From: Candidatus Tabaqchalia intestinavium
GTDB lineage: Bacteria; Bacillota; Clostridia; Oscillospirales; CAJFTT01
Length of the DNA: 64,000 bases
Assembly (NCBI GenBank): GCA_904420005.1
Contig: CAJFTT010000044.1
Span: 41,766 to 105,765, forward strand
Direction: 5' to 3'
The notes under the pieces: generated by a model
What the model saw: only the letters and a program-made list of their open reading frames with translations
Databases searched by the model: none
Told to the model about the DNA's origin: nothing
Translations under genes and position numbers: made by a program
Shown here: positions 19,861 through 30,302 of the stretch, piece by piece
Numbering within the stretch: the stretch's first letter is position 1
How the letters are laid out: every line of letters starts with the position of its first letter

Positions 19861-21342
19861 ATGGTGAAAAAACGGCTGTGGGCGCTGGCCCTTGCGCTGG
19901 CGGTGGCGCTTTCCATGGCCGCCTGCACGCCTGCCGGCCCGGACGGGCCGCAGAGCGGCGGGACGGGCGGGGCTTCCGTCCTTTCGCAGGCGTCCGAGGC
20001 GCCGTCCGCGGGGCAGGATGCGCCGTCCGGGGGACAGTCCGCCTCGGAGAAGCCGGCGTCGTCCGAGGCGGAGAGCGGCGCGCCGTCCGCGACGGCTTCG
20101 TCTTCCTCCGGCGCGTCGCAGCCGTCGCCGTCGGGCACGCAGAGCGCGGACCGGGCCTCCTCTGCCGCCGCGTCCTCCCGTCCGTCCTCGGCGGGGGCCG
20201 TCTCCGGCGCGTCCTCGTCCGGCGCGACGTCCTCCGGCGCGGTGATCGATCTCAGCTCGCCGCTCGCGCTGTCGGATTATTATTACCGCGGCCGGCTCAA
20301 CGAGAACCAGCGCCGGCTTTACGACGCGCTGTCCGTCGCGGCGCAGGGGCTGAAAACCGAAGCGTGGGTCGCTGGCTGCCGATTGACGCAAAAGGAATGC
20401 AATGACGCAATTACGGCCTATTTGCTGGATCATCCGGAAACCTTCTTCTGGAACCTGGAAAAAATGATGATCACCTCAGGGGCAAATGTGAAGGTTGAAA
20501 TTGTTCTGCGCGCGGAGCCGGCGGAGATCCAGCAGATGCAGATCGCCATCCAGGAGCGGACGCGCGCGGCGCTCGCGCTGCTCGACGACGGCATGACGGA
20601 ATTCGAGGCGGAATGCATCCTGCACGACTGGATCATCGACCAGACCGATTACCAGCTGGGCGAGGGGGACGACGCCTGGCGCGCGCATTCCATCGTCGGC
20701 GTGCTCCTTGACGGCGCGGCCGTGTGCGAGGGGTACGCCAACGCGTTCCAGTATCTGCTCAATCTCGCGGGCATCCAGGCGTTCGGCGTCACGGGCGTGG
20801 CGACCTCCGGCAGCGGGAGCGAGAACCATAAATGGAACATCGTGCGCATCGACGGGGAATATTATCAGGTGGACGTGACCTGGGACGATCCCATTTCCCA
20901 GACTGACCCGTCGGAAAAGATCCGCACCTACCGCTATTTCAACTGCACCACGCAGGAGATGGCGCGCGATCATACGCTGGACGGCGCGTTTTCGCTCCCC
21001 AACTGCACGGCGGTGCAATATAATTATTATGAAAAAAACGGCCTGACCTGCACCCAGGAGGATTACGAAAGCCGGTTCATCCGCGCGGTCGAATTCTTCG
21101 CCGCACGGGCGCGCGAGGAAGGCCGGCGCGACTTCACGATGGAGCTCAAGTGCGTGCAGGAGCCGGCGCAGTACCTCGCGCTGGCCGAGACGCTGTTTGG
21201 CGGGGAGAAGCACTGCTTCGCGCTGCTCGCGCAATACAATCGCCTCTATCCTGCGCTCGCTGTGGAGAGCGGCGCCGTGCGGTATGTCGCCGGAGAAGAC
21301 AGCTACCCCGTCCTCCGCGTGTATCTGCGGCTGGCGGCGTGA
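19861..21342 (+). CDS. Transglutaminase-like domain lipoprotein
   Basis: Signal peptide with a lipobox-like LSMAAC, then a long Ser/Ala/Pro-rich linker. Cys-His-Asp core motifs are CEGYANAF and HKWNIVRIDGEYYQVDVTWDD. Confidence 0.75.
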   Translation: MVKKRLWALALALAVALSMAACTPAGPDGPQSGGTGGASVLSQASEAPSAGQDAPSGGQSASEKPASSEAESGAPSATASSSSGASQPSPSGTQSADRASSAAASSRPSSAGAVSGASSSGATSSGAVIDLSSPLALSDYYYRGRLNENQRRLYDALSVAAQGLKTEAWVAGCRLTQKECNDAITAYLLDHPETFFWNLEKMMITSGANVKVEIVLRAEPAEIQQMQIAIQERTRAALALLDDGMTEFEAECILHDWIIDQTDYQLGEGDDAWRAHSIVGVLLDGAAVCEGYANAFQYLLNLAGIQAFGVTGVATSGSGSENHKWNIVRIDGEYYQVDVTWDDPISQTDPSEKIRTYRYFNCTTQEMARDHTLDGAFSLPNCTAVQYNYYEKNGLTCTQEDYESRFIRAVEFFAARAREEGRRDFTMELKCVQEPAQYLALAETLFGGEKHCFALLAQYNRLYPALAVESGAVRYVAGEDSYPVLRVYLRLAA

Positions 21343-21384
21343 GGGCCGCGCAGGGACGAAAGAAAGGAAGGAAACAGCAAGACC

Positions 21385-21942
21385 ATGGTGGATAAACAAC
21401 GCATTCAGGCGGCGGTCCGGGAGATCCTGGAGGCCATCGGGGAGGATCCCGACCGCGAGGGGCTGGCCGAGACGCCGCGGCGGGTGGCGGATATGTACGC
21501 CGAGATCTTTTCCGGCCTCTCGAGCGATCCGTGCCGGCACGTCAAGACCTTTGAAACGCAGCACGAGGAGCTGATTCTCGTGCGCGATATCCCGCTGTAT
21601 TCGATGTGCGAGCATCATCTGCTGCCCTTTATCGGGCGCGCGCATGTGGCGTATATCCCGCGCGACGGGCGCGTGGCGGGCCTGTCGAAGATCGCGCGCA
21701 TCGTGGAGGACTTTGCGCGCCGGCCGCAGCTGCAGGAGCGGCTGACCGGGCAGATCGCCGACTTCATCATGGAGCAGTTCGATCCCCTCGGCGTGGCGGT
21801 CATTCTTCACGCCGAGCACCTGTGCATGACGATGCGCGGCGTGCGCGCGGCGGGCAGCCAGACGCGCACCTCCGCGCTGCGGGGGACGCTGCGCTCGGAC
21901 GCGCGCACGCGCGGCGAGGTCATGGCGCTGCTGCGCGACTGA
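21385..21942 (+). CDS. folE: GTP cyclohydrolase I
   Basis: Contains [15 protein letters not shown] and the CEHHLLPF motif. 185 aa. Confidence 0.9.
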   Translation: MVDKQRIQAAVREILEAIGEDPDREGLAETPRRVADMYAEIFSGLSSDPCRHVKTFETQHEELILVRDIPLYSMCEHHLLPFIGRAHVAYIPRDGRVAGLSKIARIVEDFARRPQLQERLTGQIADFIMEQFDPLGVAVILHAEHLCMTMRGVRAAGSQTRTSALRGTLRSDARTRGEVMALLRD

Positions 21943-21952
21943 CCGAATGCAG

Positions 21953-22000
21953 AGGAGGGCGGCGCACCGGGAAAAGGTGCGCCGCCCTCCTGCGCTTTTC
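21953..22000 (+). terminator. Rho-independent terminator after folE
   Basis: 16-bp stem AGGAGGGCGGCGCACC / GGTGCGCCGCCCTCCT with loop GGGAAAA, followed by GCGCTTTTCC. Confidence 0.7.
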
Positions 22001-22140
22001 CCGGGAAATCGGCGCGCCCGGCAGCCGCGCCGGCGGGGTATACGGCGCTTGCCCGGCCGGCCGCCCGCGGAAGCGCCGCGGCGCGCCGGTCCCGGGGGTT
22101 CGCCAGCCGTCCGCGCCCCGCCGCCCGGGTGCAAAAAACG

Positions 22141-22169
22141 TTGCACTTTTTTCCTGCCTTTGGTATAAT
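22141..22169 (+). promoter_or_regulatory. Sigma-70 promoter candidate for purA
   Basis: TTGCAC, 17-nt spacer, TATAAT. Confidence 0.6.
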
Positions 22170-22213
22170 GAAATTGTTGTGCGGCGGGGCGGCCTGCCGC
22201 ACGGAATTGATGA

Positions 22214-23503
<1,290 letters not shown>

Positions 23504-23580
23504 GGCGCGCCGGAGAGCCGGGGCGGTCCGCCGCGGCGCATGATTGATTCTAAAAATAAAAACGGAAAGGCGGGAATCGT

Positions 23581-24837
23581 ATGTCGATGACCATGACGCA
23601 GAAAATCCTGGCGCGCGCCGCCGGGCTGGAGACGGTGGAAGCCGGCCAGCTCGTGATGGCCAAGCTCGACCTCGTGCTCGGCAACGATATCACCGCGCCC
23701 GTGGCGATTCGGGAATTCGAGAAGCTGGGCGGCCGGGTGTTCGACCGGCGCAAGATCGCGCTGGTGCCCGATCATTTCACGCCCAACAAGGACATCAAAA
23801 GCGCCGTGCAGGCCAAGGCGCTGCGCGATTTCGCCGTCCGGCAGGAGATCGAGCATTATTTCGAGGTCGGCCGCATGGGCATCGAGCACGCGCTGCTGCC
23901 CGAGCAGGGGCTCGTCACGGCGGGCGACTGCGTCATCGGCGCGGACAGCCATACCTGCACCTACGGCGCGCTGGGCGCGTTCTCCACGGGCGTGGGCAGC
24001 ACCGACATGGCCGCGGGCATGGCGACGGGGCAGTGCTGGTTCCGCGTGCCGGAGGCCATCGGCGTGCACCTGACCGGCGCGCTGCCGGCGCACGTCAGCG
24101 GCAAGGACCTCATCCTCACCCTCATTGGGCGTATCGGCGTGGACGGCGCGCGTTACTGCTCGCTGGAGTTTTTCGGCGAGGGGGTCGGCGCGCTGACGAT
24201 GGACGACCGCTTCACCGTCGCGAACATGGCGGTCGAGGCGGGCGCCAAGAACGGCATCTTCCCCGTGGACGCGGCGACGCGGGCCTATCTCGCGGCGGCG
24301 GACGCCCGCGCGCCGGCGGAGGTTTCCGCCGATGCGGACGCGCCTTACCGGGAGATCGTGGAGATCCGCCTCGATGCGCTCACGCCGACGGTGGCGTTCC
24401 CTCATCTGCCCTCCAACGCGCGCCCCGTGCGCGAGGCGGGGGAAGTGCCGATCGACCAGGTGGTCATCGGCTCCTGCACCAACGGGCGGCTCAGCGACAT
24501 GCGCGCCGCGGCCGAGGTGCTGCGCGGCCGGCGCGTGCATCCGCGCGTGCGGTGCATCGTCATCCCCGCGACCCAGGCGGTGTGGATGGCCTGCGTGCGG
24601 GAGGGGCTGATGGACGTGTTCGTGCAGGCGGGCGCAGCGGTTTCCACGCCGACCTGCGGGCCCTGTCTCGGCGGGCATATGGGGATCCTCGCGCCGGGCG
24701 AGCGCTGCGTCGCGACGACCAACCGCAACTTCGTCGGCCGTATGGGCGACCCGACGAGCGAGGTCTATCTCGCGTCGCCTGCTGTCGCGGCGGCATCCGC
24801 CGTCGCGGGGCGCATCGTCGGGCCGGACAGCCTGTGA
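23581..24837 (+). CDS. leuC: 3-isopropylmalate/homoaconitate dehydratase-family large subunit (no small-subunit gene adjacent)
   Basis: 418 aa of the aconitase family. Fe-S ligand motifs GADSHTC, GSCTNGR and CGPCLG are present. Confidence 0.8.
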   Translation: MSMTMTQKILARAAGLETVEAGQLVMAKLDLVLGNDITAPVAIREFEKLGGRVFDRRKIALVPDHFTPNKDIKSAVQAKALRDFAVRQEIEHYFEVGRMGIEHALLPEQGLVTAGDCVIGADSHTCTYGALGAFSTGVGSTDMAAGMATGQCWFRVPEAIGVHLTGALPAHVSGKDLILTLIGRIGVDGARYCSLEFFGEGVGALTMDDRFTVANMAVEAGAKNGIFPVDAATRAYLAAADARAPAEVSADADAPYREIVEIRLDALTPTVAFPHLPSNARPVREAGEVPIDQVVIGSCTNGRLSDMRAAAEVLRGRRVHPRVRCIVIPATQAVWMACVREGLMDVFVQAGAAVSTPTCGPCLGGHMGILAPGERCVATTNRNFVGRMGDPTSEVYLASPAVAAASAVAGRIVGPDSL

Positions 24838-25208
24838 GAAAAAGGAGACTGGCGCCGCTTTCCCGGAGATCCCGGGCCGGGCGGCGCTTTGCATTTGCCT
24901 GCCCGTGGGCCGTGGAAAGAGGCGCGGGCCGAACCGCGTTTGTCCAGCGCCCTTCTCTGCTTCCGCGGGGATGCTTTCTCCTCCCTGTCCCGGGGCGGGG
25001 ATGTTGTACTTTTCCGCATGCATACGCGGCGGCGCGCCGGGCTCAGGGCCCGCGCCGCCCCTTTTTGCACTGCGGAAGCAGGAAGCGCCGTCCTCTCGCC
25101 CGTACCCGGCGCGGCGGCGGTAAAATTCGGATGAATACGGCAAGCCCACGCCCGGCACAGCCATTCCCGGCAGCCGGCGAACGGGGCGCGAAGGAAGGAG
25201 GGCACAAG

Positions 25209-25799
25209 ATGAAGGAACTGACCGCGCGGCAAAAGCGCGTGCTGGACTATCTCACCGCCCGCGCGGCGGAAGGCGTTTCCCCCACGGTGCGGGAGATCGG
25301 CGCGGCGCTGGGCATCGCGTCCACCTCCACCGTGTCGCGCGACCTGCGCGCGCTGCAGGAGCGCGGCTGCCTGACGAAAACCGGCCGCGTCAGCCGCGGG
25401 ATCTCCCTGCCGCTGCCGGCTGTCGCGCTGGTGCCGGTGTATGCCTATTACAACCCGGAAACGGGCGTCGGCAGCGGCCTGACGGGGGACCGGGTTCCCT
25501 TCCCCGCCCCGCGCGAGGCGCGGCCGGAATATTTCGCGCTGCGTCTGCCGGCCCCGGTGCGGGAGATCCCCGACGCGCAGGCGGGCGACGTGCTCGTGTT
25601 CGAGAAGCTGTACCGGGCGCGGCACGGACAGGTTGTCGCGGCTTCGGTGGGCGGCGTGCTCGTCGCGGGGGTGATGCAGCGGCAGGCGCGCGGCGCGTGG
25701 GTGCTTTCGGACGGCTGGCGGCATTCGCTGGCCGGCGAGGAGGACGTCGCGCTGGTCGGCGTGCGCGTGGGCCTGCTGCGGCAGTATCCGGCCGACTGA
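25209..25799 (+). CDS. LexA-like transcriptional regulator with degenerate (apparently non-catalytic) S24 domain
   Basis: The N-terminus MKELTARQKRVLDYLTARAAEGVSPTVREIGAALGIASTSTVSRDLRALQERG is a classic LexA DNA-binding domain. The C-terminal half aligns loosely to S24 but has no Ala-Gly site, no GDSM serine and no conserved Lys. Strong GGAGGG RBS. The track ORF from 23544 is a spurious extension. Confidence 0.7.
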   Translation: MKELTARQKRVLDYLTARAAEGVSPTVREIGAALGIASTSTVSRDLRALQERGCLTKTGRVSRGISLPLPAVALVPVYAYYNPETGVGSGLTGDRVPFPAPREARPEYFALRLPAPVREIPDAQAGDVLVFEKLYRARHGQVVAASVGGVLVAGVMQRQARGAWVLSDGWRHSLAGEEDVALVGVRVGLLRQYPAD

Positions 25800-25861
25800 G
25801 GCGCGCGCGGCGCTGCGTGCCGCGGTACCCTCGGCGGACCAGAGGCGGCGCGCGTCAGGGC

Positions 25862-26012
25862 CGGAACGACCCCTGGCGTGCGGGTGTACCTTTCCCAGCT
25901 GGTTCGCCCGGCGCAGCCATTGCGGAACGACCCCTGGCGTGCGGGTGTACCCCAAGGAGCGCAGGAATCGGTGGACAAATCCAAGGAACGGCCCCGGATG
26001 TGCGGGCGCACC
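25862..26012. CRISPR. Mini CRISPR-like array: 3 repeats of 29 nt and 2 spacers of 32 nt
   Basis: CGGAACGACCCCTGGCGTGCGGGTGTACC occurs identically at 25862-25890 and 25923-25951. A third unit, AGGAACGGCCCCGGATGTGCGGGCGCACC (25984-26012), matches at 22/29. All are exactly 61 nt apart. More decayed units follow to about 26300. No cas genes in the window. Confidence 0.6.
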
Positions 26013-26536
26013 AGGCAGGCGTGTGCCCGCACGCCCTGCTGCGGCCTTGCCTCACGTCCATTGCCGCTTGCCCCGGGCCTGGGATCCGGGCATCCGCGCG
26101 GATCGCTGACACCAAGCCCCTCGTCTGCCTTTTGCGCCGGGGGCTGTGAGGGAAGACCGCAGAGAAAGGCGCCCCTCCGTATCTGCCCTGCCTTTGCGGG
26201 AGTCCGTGGCGGATCGTAGGCCGTTGTGGAAGCCATGCAGGTACTTCCCTTTTCTGGCGCGAGGCCGTGGCCTTTGAGGCTATCCTGGAACCCAACGGCT
26301 CCTCCCGTGGGGAATTCAGGAGGCAAACGGGCGGCCGGCAGGGCGGACGCGGCAAGCAGACGCGCCCGGCGGGCGATCGGGGATCCCGCCGGCCTTCCCC
26401 GGCTCGGGGCAAGCCGGCGCATGGGTGCTTTCGGGCGGCTGGCGGCATTCGCTGGCCGCTGAGGAAAACACGGCTGCCGATTTGCCGCCGCCCAAGCCGC
26501 AATTCCCTTTGCCCACCGAGCCGGCCGCCTGCAAGA

Positions 26537-26572
26537 AAAAGCGCCGCCGCCCGAAGCGGGCAGCGGCGGGAC
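26537..26572 (-). terminator. Terminator-like hairpin downstream of trxA
   Basis: The minus strand reads CGCCGCTGCCCGC ttcg GGCGGCGGCG, followed by CTTTTTCTT. Confidence 0.5.
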
Positions 26573-26627
26573 GAAGCCTGGCGGAGACTGCCGCGAAGCG
26601 CGGACATCCGCGGCGGCGGGCAGCGCG

Positions 26628-26945
26628 TCAGGGACGCAGCAGACGCACCAGCGTGGCCTTGTCCTGCACGCCGACGAGGCGGCCGCCCGGCCGCCCCTCG
26701 CGGAAAACGAGCACCGTCGGCACGGAGAGCACGCCGAAGCGGCTGGCAAGCTCCGGCTGCTCGTCGATGTTGACCTTGCCGATGACGGCGCTGTCTCCCA
26801 GCTCGCGCGCGGTTTCCTCCAGGACGGGCGCGAACATGCGGCAGGGGCCGCACCAGGCGGCCCAGAAGTCCAGCAGCACCGGCACGGCGCTCTGCTCGAC
26901 GGTCTGGGTGAAATTTTCCTTTGTCACGGTGATGGGCATCGTCAT
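26628..26945 (-). CDS. trxA: Thioredoxin
   Basis: WCGPC active site. 105 aa. Confidence 0.9.
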   Translation of the reverse strand: MTMPITVTKENFTQTVEQSAVPVLLDFWAAWCGPCRMFAPVLEETARELGDSAVIGKVNIDEQPELASRFGVLSVPTVLVFREGRPGGRLVGVQDKATLVRLLRP

Positions 26946-27193
26946 TCTCCTTCCTTCCCGGCGACCGACCCTCGACGGGATTCGCGCCGTTTTGGTTGCG
27001 TTTTTTTCAGCCTTGTGCTAGCATGGATGGGGATGGGCGCGGCCTTGGAGGGCGCGCGGCTGTGCCCGCGGCGCGCCGGGCGTTTCCCGGCGGCGAGCTG
27101 CGCCGACAGGGCGGGACGCCGCGAACCGCGCTGCCTGTAGTTTTCCCCGAATGCAGCCAAATTTACCTGAATTTACGGAAAGAAGGGCTTTTC

Positions 27194-28117
27194 ATGCAAC
27201 AGCAGCAGGATCTGATCATCGCGGGATCCGGCCCGGCCGGCCTTGCCGCCGCGGTCTATGCCGCGCGGGCGCGCATGCGCTTTTTCGTGCTGGAGGAGAA
27301 CGACTTCAGCGGCGGGCAGATCATCAATACCTATGATGTGGACAATTATCTCGGCCTGCCGGGGATCGGCGGCTTTGACCTCGCGATGAAATTCCGCGAA
27401 CACGCCGACAAATTCGGCGCGCAGTTCGTGCAGGACCGCATGACGGCGGCGCGCCGCGAGGACGGGCAGATCGTCGTGCAGGGAGAGAAGGCGCAATACC
27501 GCGCCCGCGCGCTGCTGGTGGCGACCGGCGCGCGGCACCGCAGGCTTGGCTGCCCGGGCGAGGCGGAATTCTCCGGGCGCGGCGTGAGCTATTGCGCGAC
27601 CTGTGACGGCGCGTTTTTCCGCGGGAAGGACGTCGCGATGGTCGGCGGCGGGGACACGGCGCTCGAGGAGGCGGCCTTCCTGGCGAACCTGTGCGCGCGG
27701 GTTTATCTGCTGCACCGGCGCGACGCGCTGCGCGCTTCCAAGCATCTGCAGGAGCGGGTGCTGGCCCTGCCCAATGTCGAGGTGCTGTATGAGACGACCG
27801 TGCAGGAGATCTTCGGCGGCGAGGCGGTCGAGGGCATCCGTGTGCTGCGGCGCGGCCGGGCGGAGGAGATCCCGCTCTCCGGCGTGTTCATCGCGGTGGG
27901 GATGGAGCCTAACAGCGAGCCGCTGCGCGGCGTGACGGCGCTCGACAGCGCAGGCTTCATCGTCGCGGGGGAGGACGGGGCGACCTCCGTCCCCGGTATT
28001 TTCGCCGCCGGCGACGTGCGCACCAAGGCGCTGCGCCAGATCCTCACGGCGGCGGCCGACGGCGCGAACGCCATCCGCTCGATCGAGCGGTACCTGCTCG
28101 GCGGCCCGGCCCGCTGA
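27194..28117 (+). CDS. trxB: Thioredoxin-disulfide reductase
   Basis: Contains IIAGSGPAGLAAA, the redox-active CATCDG motif and GGGDTALEEA. Start taken at ATG 27194 (MQQQQDL). The track ORF start at 26996 is an extension. Confidence 0.9.
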   Translation: MQQQQDLIIAGSGPAGLAAAVYAARARMRFFVLEENDFSGGQIINTYDVDNYLGLPGIGGFDLAMKFREHADKFGAQFVQDRMTAARREDGQIVVQGEKAQYRARALLVATGARHRRLGCPGEAEFSGRGVSYCATCDGAFFRGKDVAMVGGGDTALEEAAFLANLCARVYLLHRRDALRASKHLQERVLALPNVEVLYETTVQEIFGGEAVEGIRVLRRGRAEEIPLSGVFIAVGMEPNSEPLRGVTALDSAGFIVAGEDGATSVPGIFAAGDVRTKALRQILTAAADGANAIRSIERYLLGGPAR

Positions 28118-28339
28118 GCGCTTTCGCCGGCGGAGGCGAGGACGCGTCCGGCGTCCCGCGATGGATACAGGCGCAAAACAACCGTTGGAGGAAAACAGAC
28201 GGGCGCTTTCGCCAGTGCAGCGGCGGACAATGGAAAGCAGAAGCGGGCGCAGCCGTTGCCGGCGCGTCTGCTTTTTTTGCAGAAGAGGACCCCACGCGGC
28301 GGGCGCGCGGGGTCCTCTTCGCGGTGGCGGCGGCCGGCG

Positions 28340-28830
28340 AAGCGCGAAATCCGCCGGTGCGGGATGCTTCCGGGCACAGCGCATCTCCGCCTCCTGCGCA
28401 ACGGACGAAATCCGCCCGGGAGGGATACCTCCGCGGCGGTTCGTCCCGGCAGGCACCGGTGGGGAACCAGCCCGCGCGGCCAGCCAGGGCGGACGGTGCG
28501 GGGCCATCCCGTCGCCCTGACCGGCACCTGGATGCCGGCCAGAGCGGCTTTTCTTTTCCCCGGACGCGGCATGCCGGCCGGCACCGGAGAACCGCAGCGC
28601 CGATCCTGCCACTGTGCCAGTCCCCGCGCCGCGGCTGCGGGCCGGCCTCATGCATGCTTTCCGCCGCACCGGGGCATGCTATGGTTGGAACGGCGGCGAG
28701 AAGCGGCCTTCGGCCCCGCGGGCAGCGTATGGTCGCCGTCCCGCCGGAATACAGCCGTCATCCCCAACGATACAGCTGCCGGCCCCGCCCGCCGGAACAC
28801 AGACATCCTCCCCGCCTGCCGGAGGACGCG
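28340..28830. repeat. Degenerate CRISPR-like units (about 8-9, period about 60 nt)
   Basis: Units include CGAAATCCGCCGGTGCGGGATGCTTCC (28347), CGAAATCCGCCCGGGAGGGATACCTCC (28407), GGTTCGTCCCGGCAGGCACCGGTGGGGAACC (28438), CCAGTCCCCGCGCCGCGGCTGCGGG (28618) and others. Confidence 0.3.
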
Positions 28831-28879
28831 GCGGCCGTGCGTGGGGGGAAGAAAAACGAAAATTTTGCCCGCCCGGGGC

Positions 28880-28908
28880 TTGACAAAGCTTCACCAAAGC
28901 GGTATACT
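28880..28908 (+). promoter_or_regulatory. Consensus sigma-70 promoter of the Fur-family/rubrerythrin operon
   Basis: TTGACA (28880-28885), 17-nt spacer, TATACT (28903-28908). Confidence 0.7.
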
Positions 28909-28909
28909 C

Positions 28910-28938
28910 AAAATAGAAATGAGAGTCATTCCTATTTT
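28910..28938 (+). promoter_or_regulatory. Inverted-repeat operator (Fur/PerR-box-like) just downstream of the -10
   Basis: AAAATAGAAATGA gag TCATTCCTATTTT has 13-bp arms with one mismatch. It lies between the -10 and the RBS of the Fur-family gene. Confidence 0.6.
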
Positions 28939-28950
28939 GAGGCGAGGACA

Positions 28951-29370
28951 GTGAAGCATTATTCCAAACAGCGGGAGATGATCCTGCGGGCGGTGCGCGA
29001 GCATCCGGTGCATCCCACGGCGGAGGAAGTGCTCGCCATCCTGCGGGCGCAGGGGAGCACTGCCAGCCTGAGCACCGTATACCGCAACCTGCAGCTGCTG
29101 AGTGAAAAGGGCCTGCTGCGCAAGATCTCCGTTCCCGGCGGCAGCGACCGGTTCGACGGGGAGCTGCATGAGCATTTCCATGCGCTCTGCCGGGGGTGCG
29201 GCCGGGTGGCGGACGTGCAGTACCCGCTGCCGGGCCTGGCGGAAGCCGTGCGCGCGCAGACGGGGATGCAGGCCGACGCCGTGCATCTGACCGTGCGGGG
29301 GCTTTGTCCCCGGTGCGCGGCCGCGCAGGCGGAGGGCAGCCGGACGCAGCCGCCCCATCCCGCGCAGTAA
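28951..29370 (+). CDS. Fur-family transcriptional regulator (PerR-like by context)
   Basis: Winged-helix N-terminus ([37 protein letters not shown]). Metal sites are [12 protein letters not shown] and CPRC. Provisional GTG start at 28951; the internal ATG (MILRAV) is the alternative. Confidence 0.75.
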   Translation: MKHYSKQREMILRAVREHPVHPTAEEVLAILRAQGSTASLSTVYRNLQLLSEKGLLRKISVPGGSDRFDGELHEHFHALCRGCGRVADVQYPLPGLAEAVRAQTGMQADAVHLTVRGLCPRCAAAQAEGSRTQPPHPAQ

Positions 29371-29432
29371 AGGGGGTTACGCCGCCGGGTACGGCGGAGG
29401 TAATACATGTTAATAAACAGGAGGTAAAAACG

Positions 29433-29975
29433 ATGAAAGAGCTCAAGGGGACCAAAACGGAAGCCAATCTGATGGCGGCGTTCGCCGGGGAATCCCAGGC
29501 GCGCAACAAGTATACCTATTATGCCAGCAAGGCCAAGAAGGACGGCTACGAGCAGATCGCGGCCATCTTCACCGAGACGGCCAACAACGAGAAGGAACAC
29601 GCCAAGATCTGGTTCAAGCTCCTGCACGGTGGGGAAATCCCCTCCACGGCGGACAACCTCGCGGACGCGGCGGCCGGCGAGAATTACGAGTGGACGGACA
29701 TGTACGCCCAGTTCGCCAAGGAAGCCAAGGAAGAGGGCTTCGACCATATCGCCTACCTGTTCGAGGCGGTCGGCGCGATCGAGAAGGAGCATGAGGAGCG
29801 GTACCGCAGGCTGCTCGCCAACGTGGAGGGCGGCCTGGTCTTCTCCAAGGACGGCGACGCGATCTGGCAGTGCATGAACTGCGGCCATATCCACATCGGC
29901 AAGCAGGCGCCGCAGGTGTGTCCTGTCTGCGCGCACCCGCAGTCCTATTTCCAGCTGGTGTCGAAGAATTACTGA
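29433..29975 (+). CDS. rbr: Rubrerythrin
   Basis: Diiron ExxH motifs ([16 protein letters not shown]) and a C-terminal rubredoxin-like CMNCGH..CPVC. AGGAGG RBS. Confidence 0.9.
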   Translation: MKELKGTKTEANLMAAFAGESQARNKYTYYASKAKKDGYEQIAAIFTETANNEKEHAKIWFKLLHGGEIPSTADNLADAAAGENYEWTDMYAQFAKEAKEEGFDHIAYLFEAVGAIEKEHEERYRRLLANVEGGLVFSKDGDAIWQCMNCGHIHIGKQAPQVCPVCAHPQSYFQLVSKNY

Positions 29976-30005
29976 TGACCGTTCCCCGGCGGCGCGCCGG
30001 GAGAT

Positions 30006-30041
30006 AAACGGGCCGGGAAGCGGAGGCTTCCCGGCCCGTTT
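30006..30041. terminator. Bidirectional terminator between convergent rbr and the activase-fusion gene
   Basis: 16-bp stem AAACGGGCCGGGAAGC / GCTTCCCGGCCCGTTT with loop GGAG. A/T runs lie on both sides. Confidence 0.7.
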
Positions 30042-30302
30042 GCATTGCCTGCGCCGGGGAAAAAGCGGCCCCGGCTGCGGGCGGCGGGTTGTCGGCTTCC
30101 GCGGCGACGCCCATCTTGTATGCGCGCGGTCCGGCGCCCGCCCTGCCGAGTCAAAAGCCGCCGGGGACGCAGGCGCTGCCTGTGTCCCCGGCGGCTGTAT
30201 AGAGCGGCGAAAAATGCGGCGCGCGGGCGGCTCCCCCGCAGCGGAGGGAGCGAAAAACGCGGGCGGCTCCCGCAGCGCGGCGGGCGGCAACGGCTTGCCG
30301 CG

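Noticed and set aside
25100-25208. SOS box upstream of the lexA-like gene.
   Set aside because: Only a lone CGAAC pentamer is present. There is no CGAAC-N4-GTTCG or other convincing palindrome.
28281-28320. 12-bp hairpin AGAAGAGGACCCC...GGGGTCCTCTTC as the trxB terminator.
   Set aside because: The T-run lies 5' of the stem on the plus strand and no U-tract follows it. On the minus strand it would be followed by an A-run. It may still pause or stabilise RNA, but it is not a canonical intrinsic terminator.
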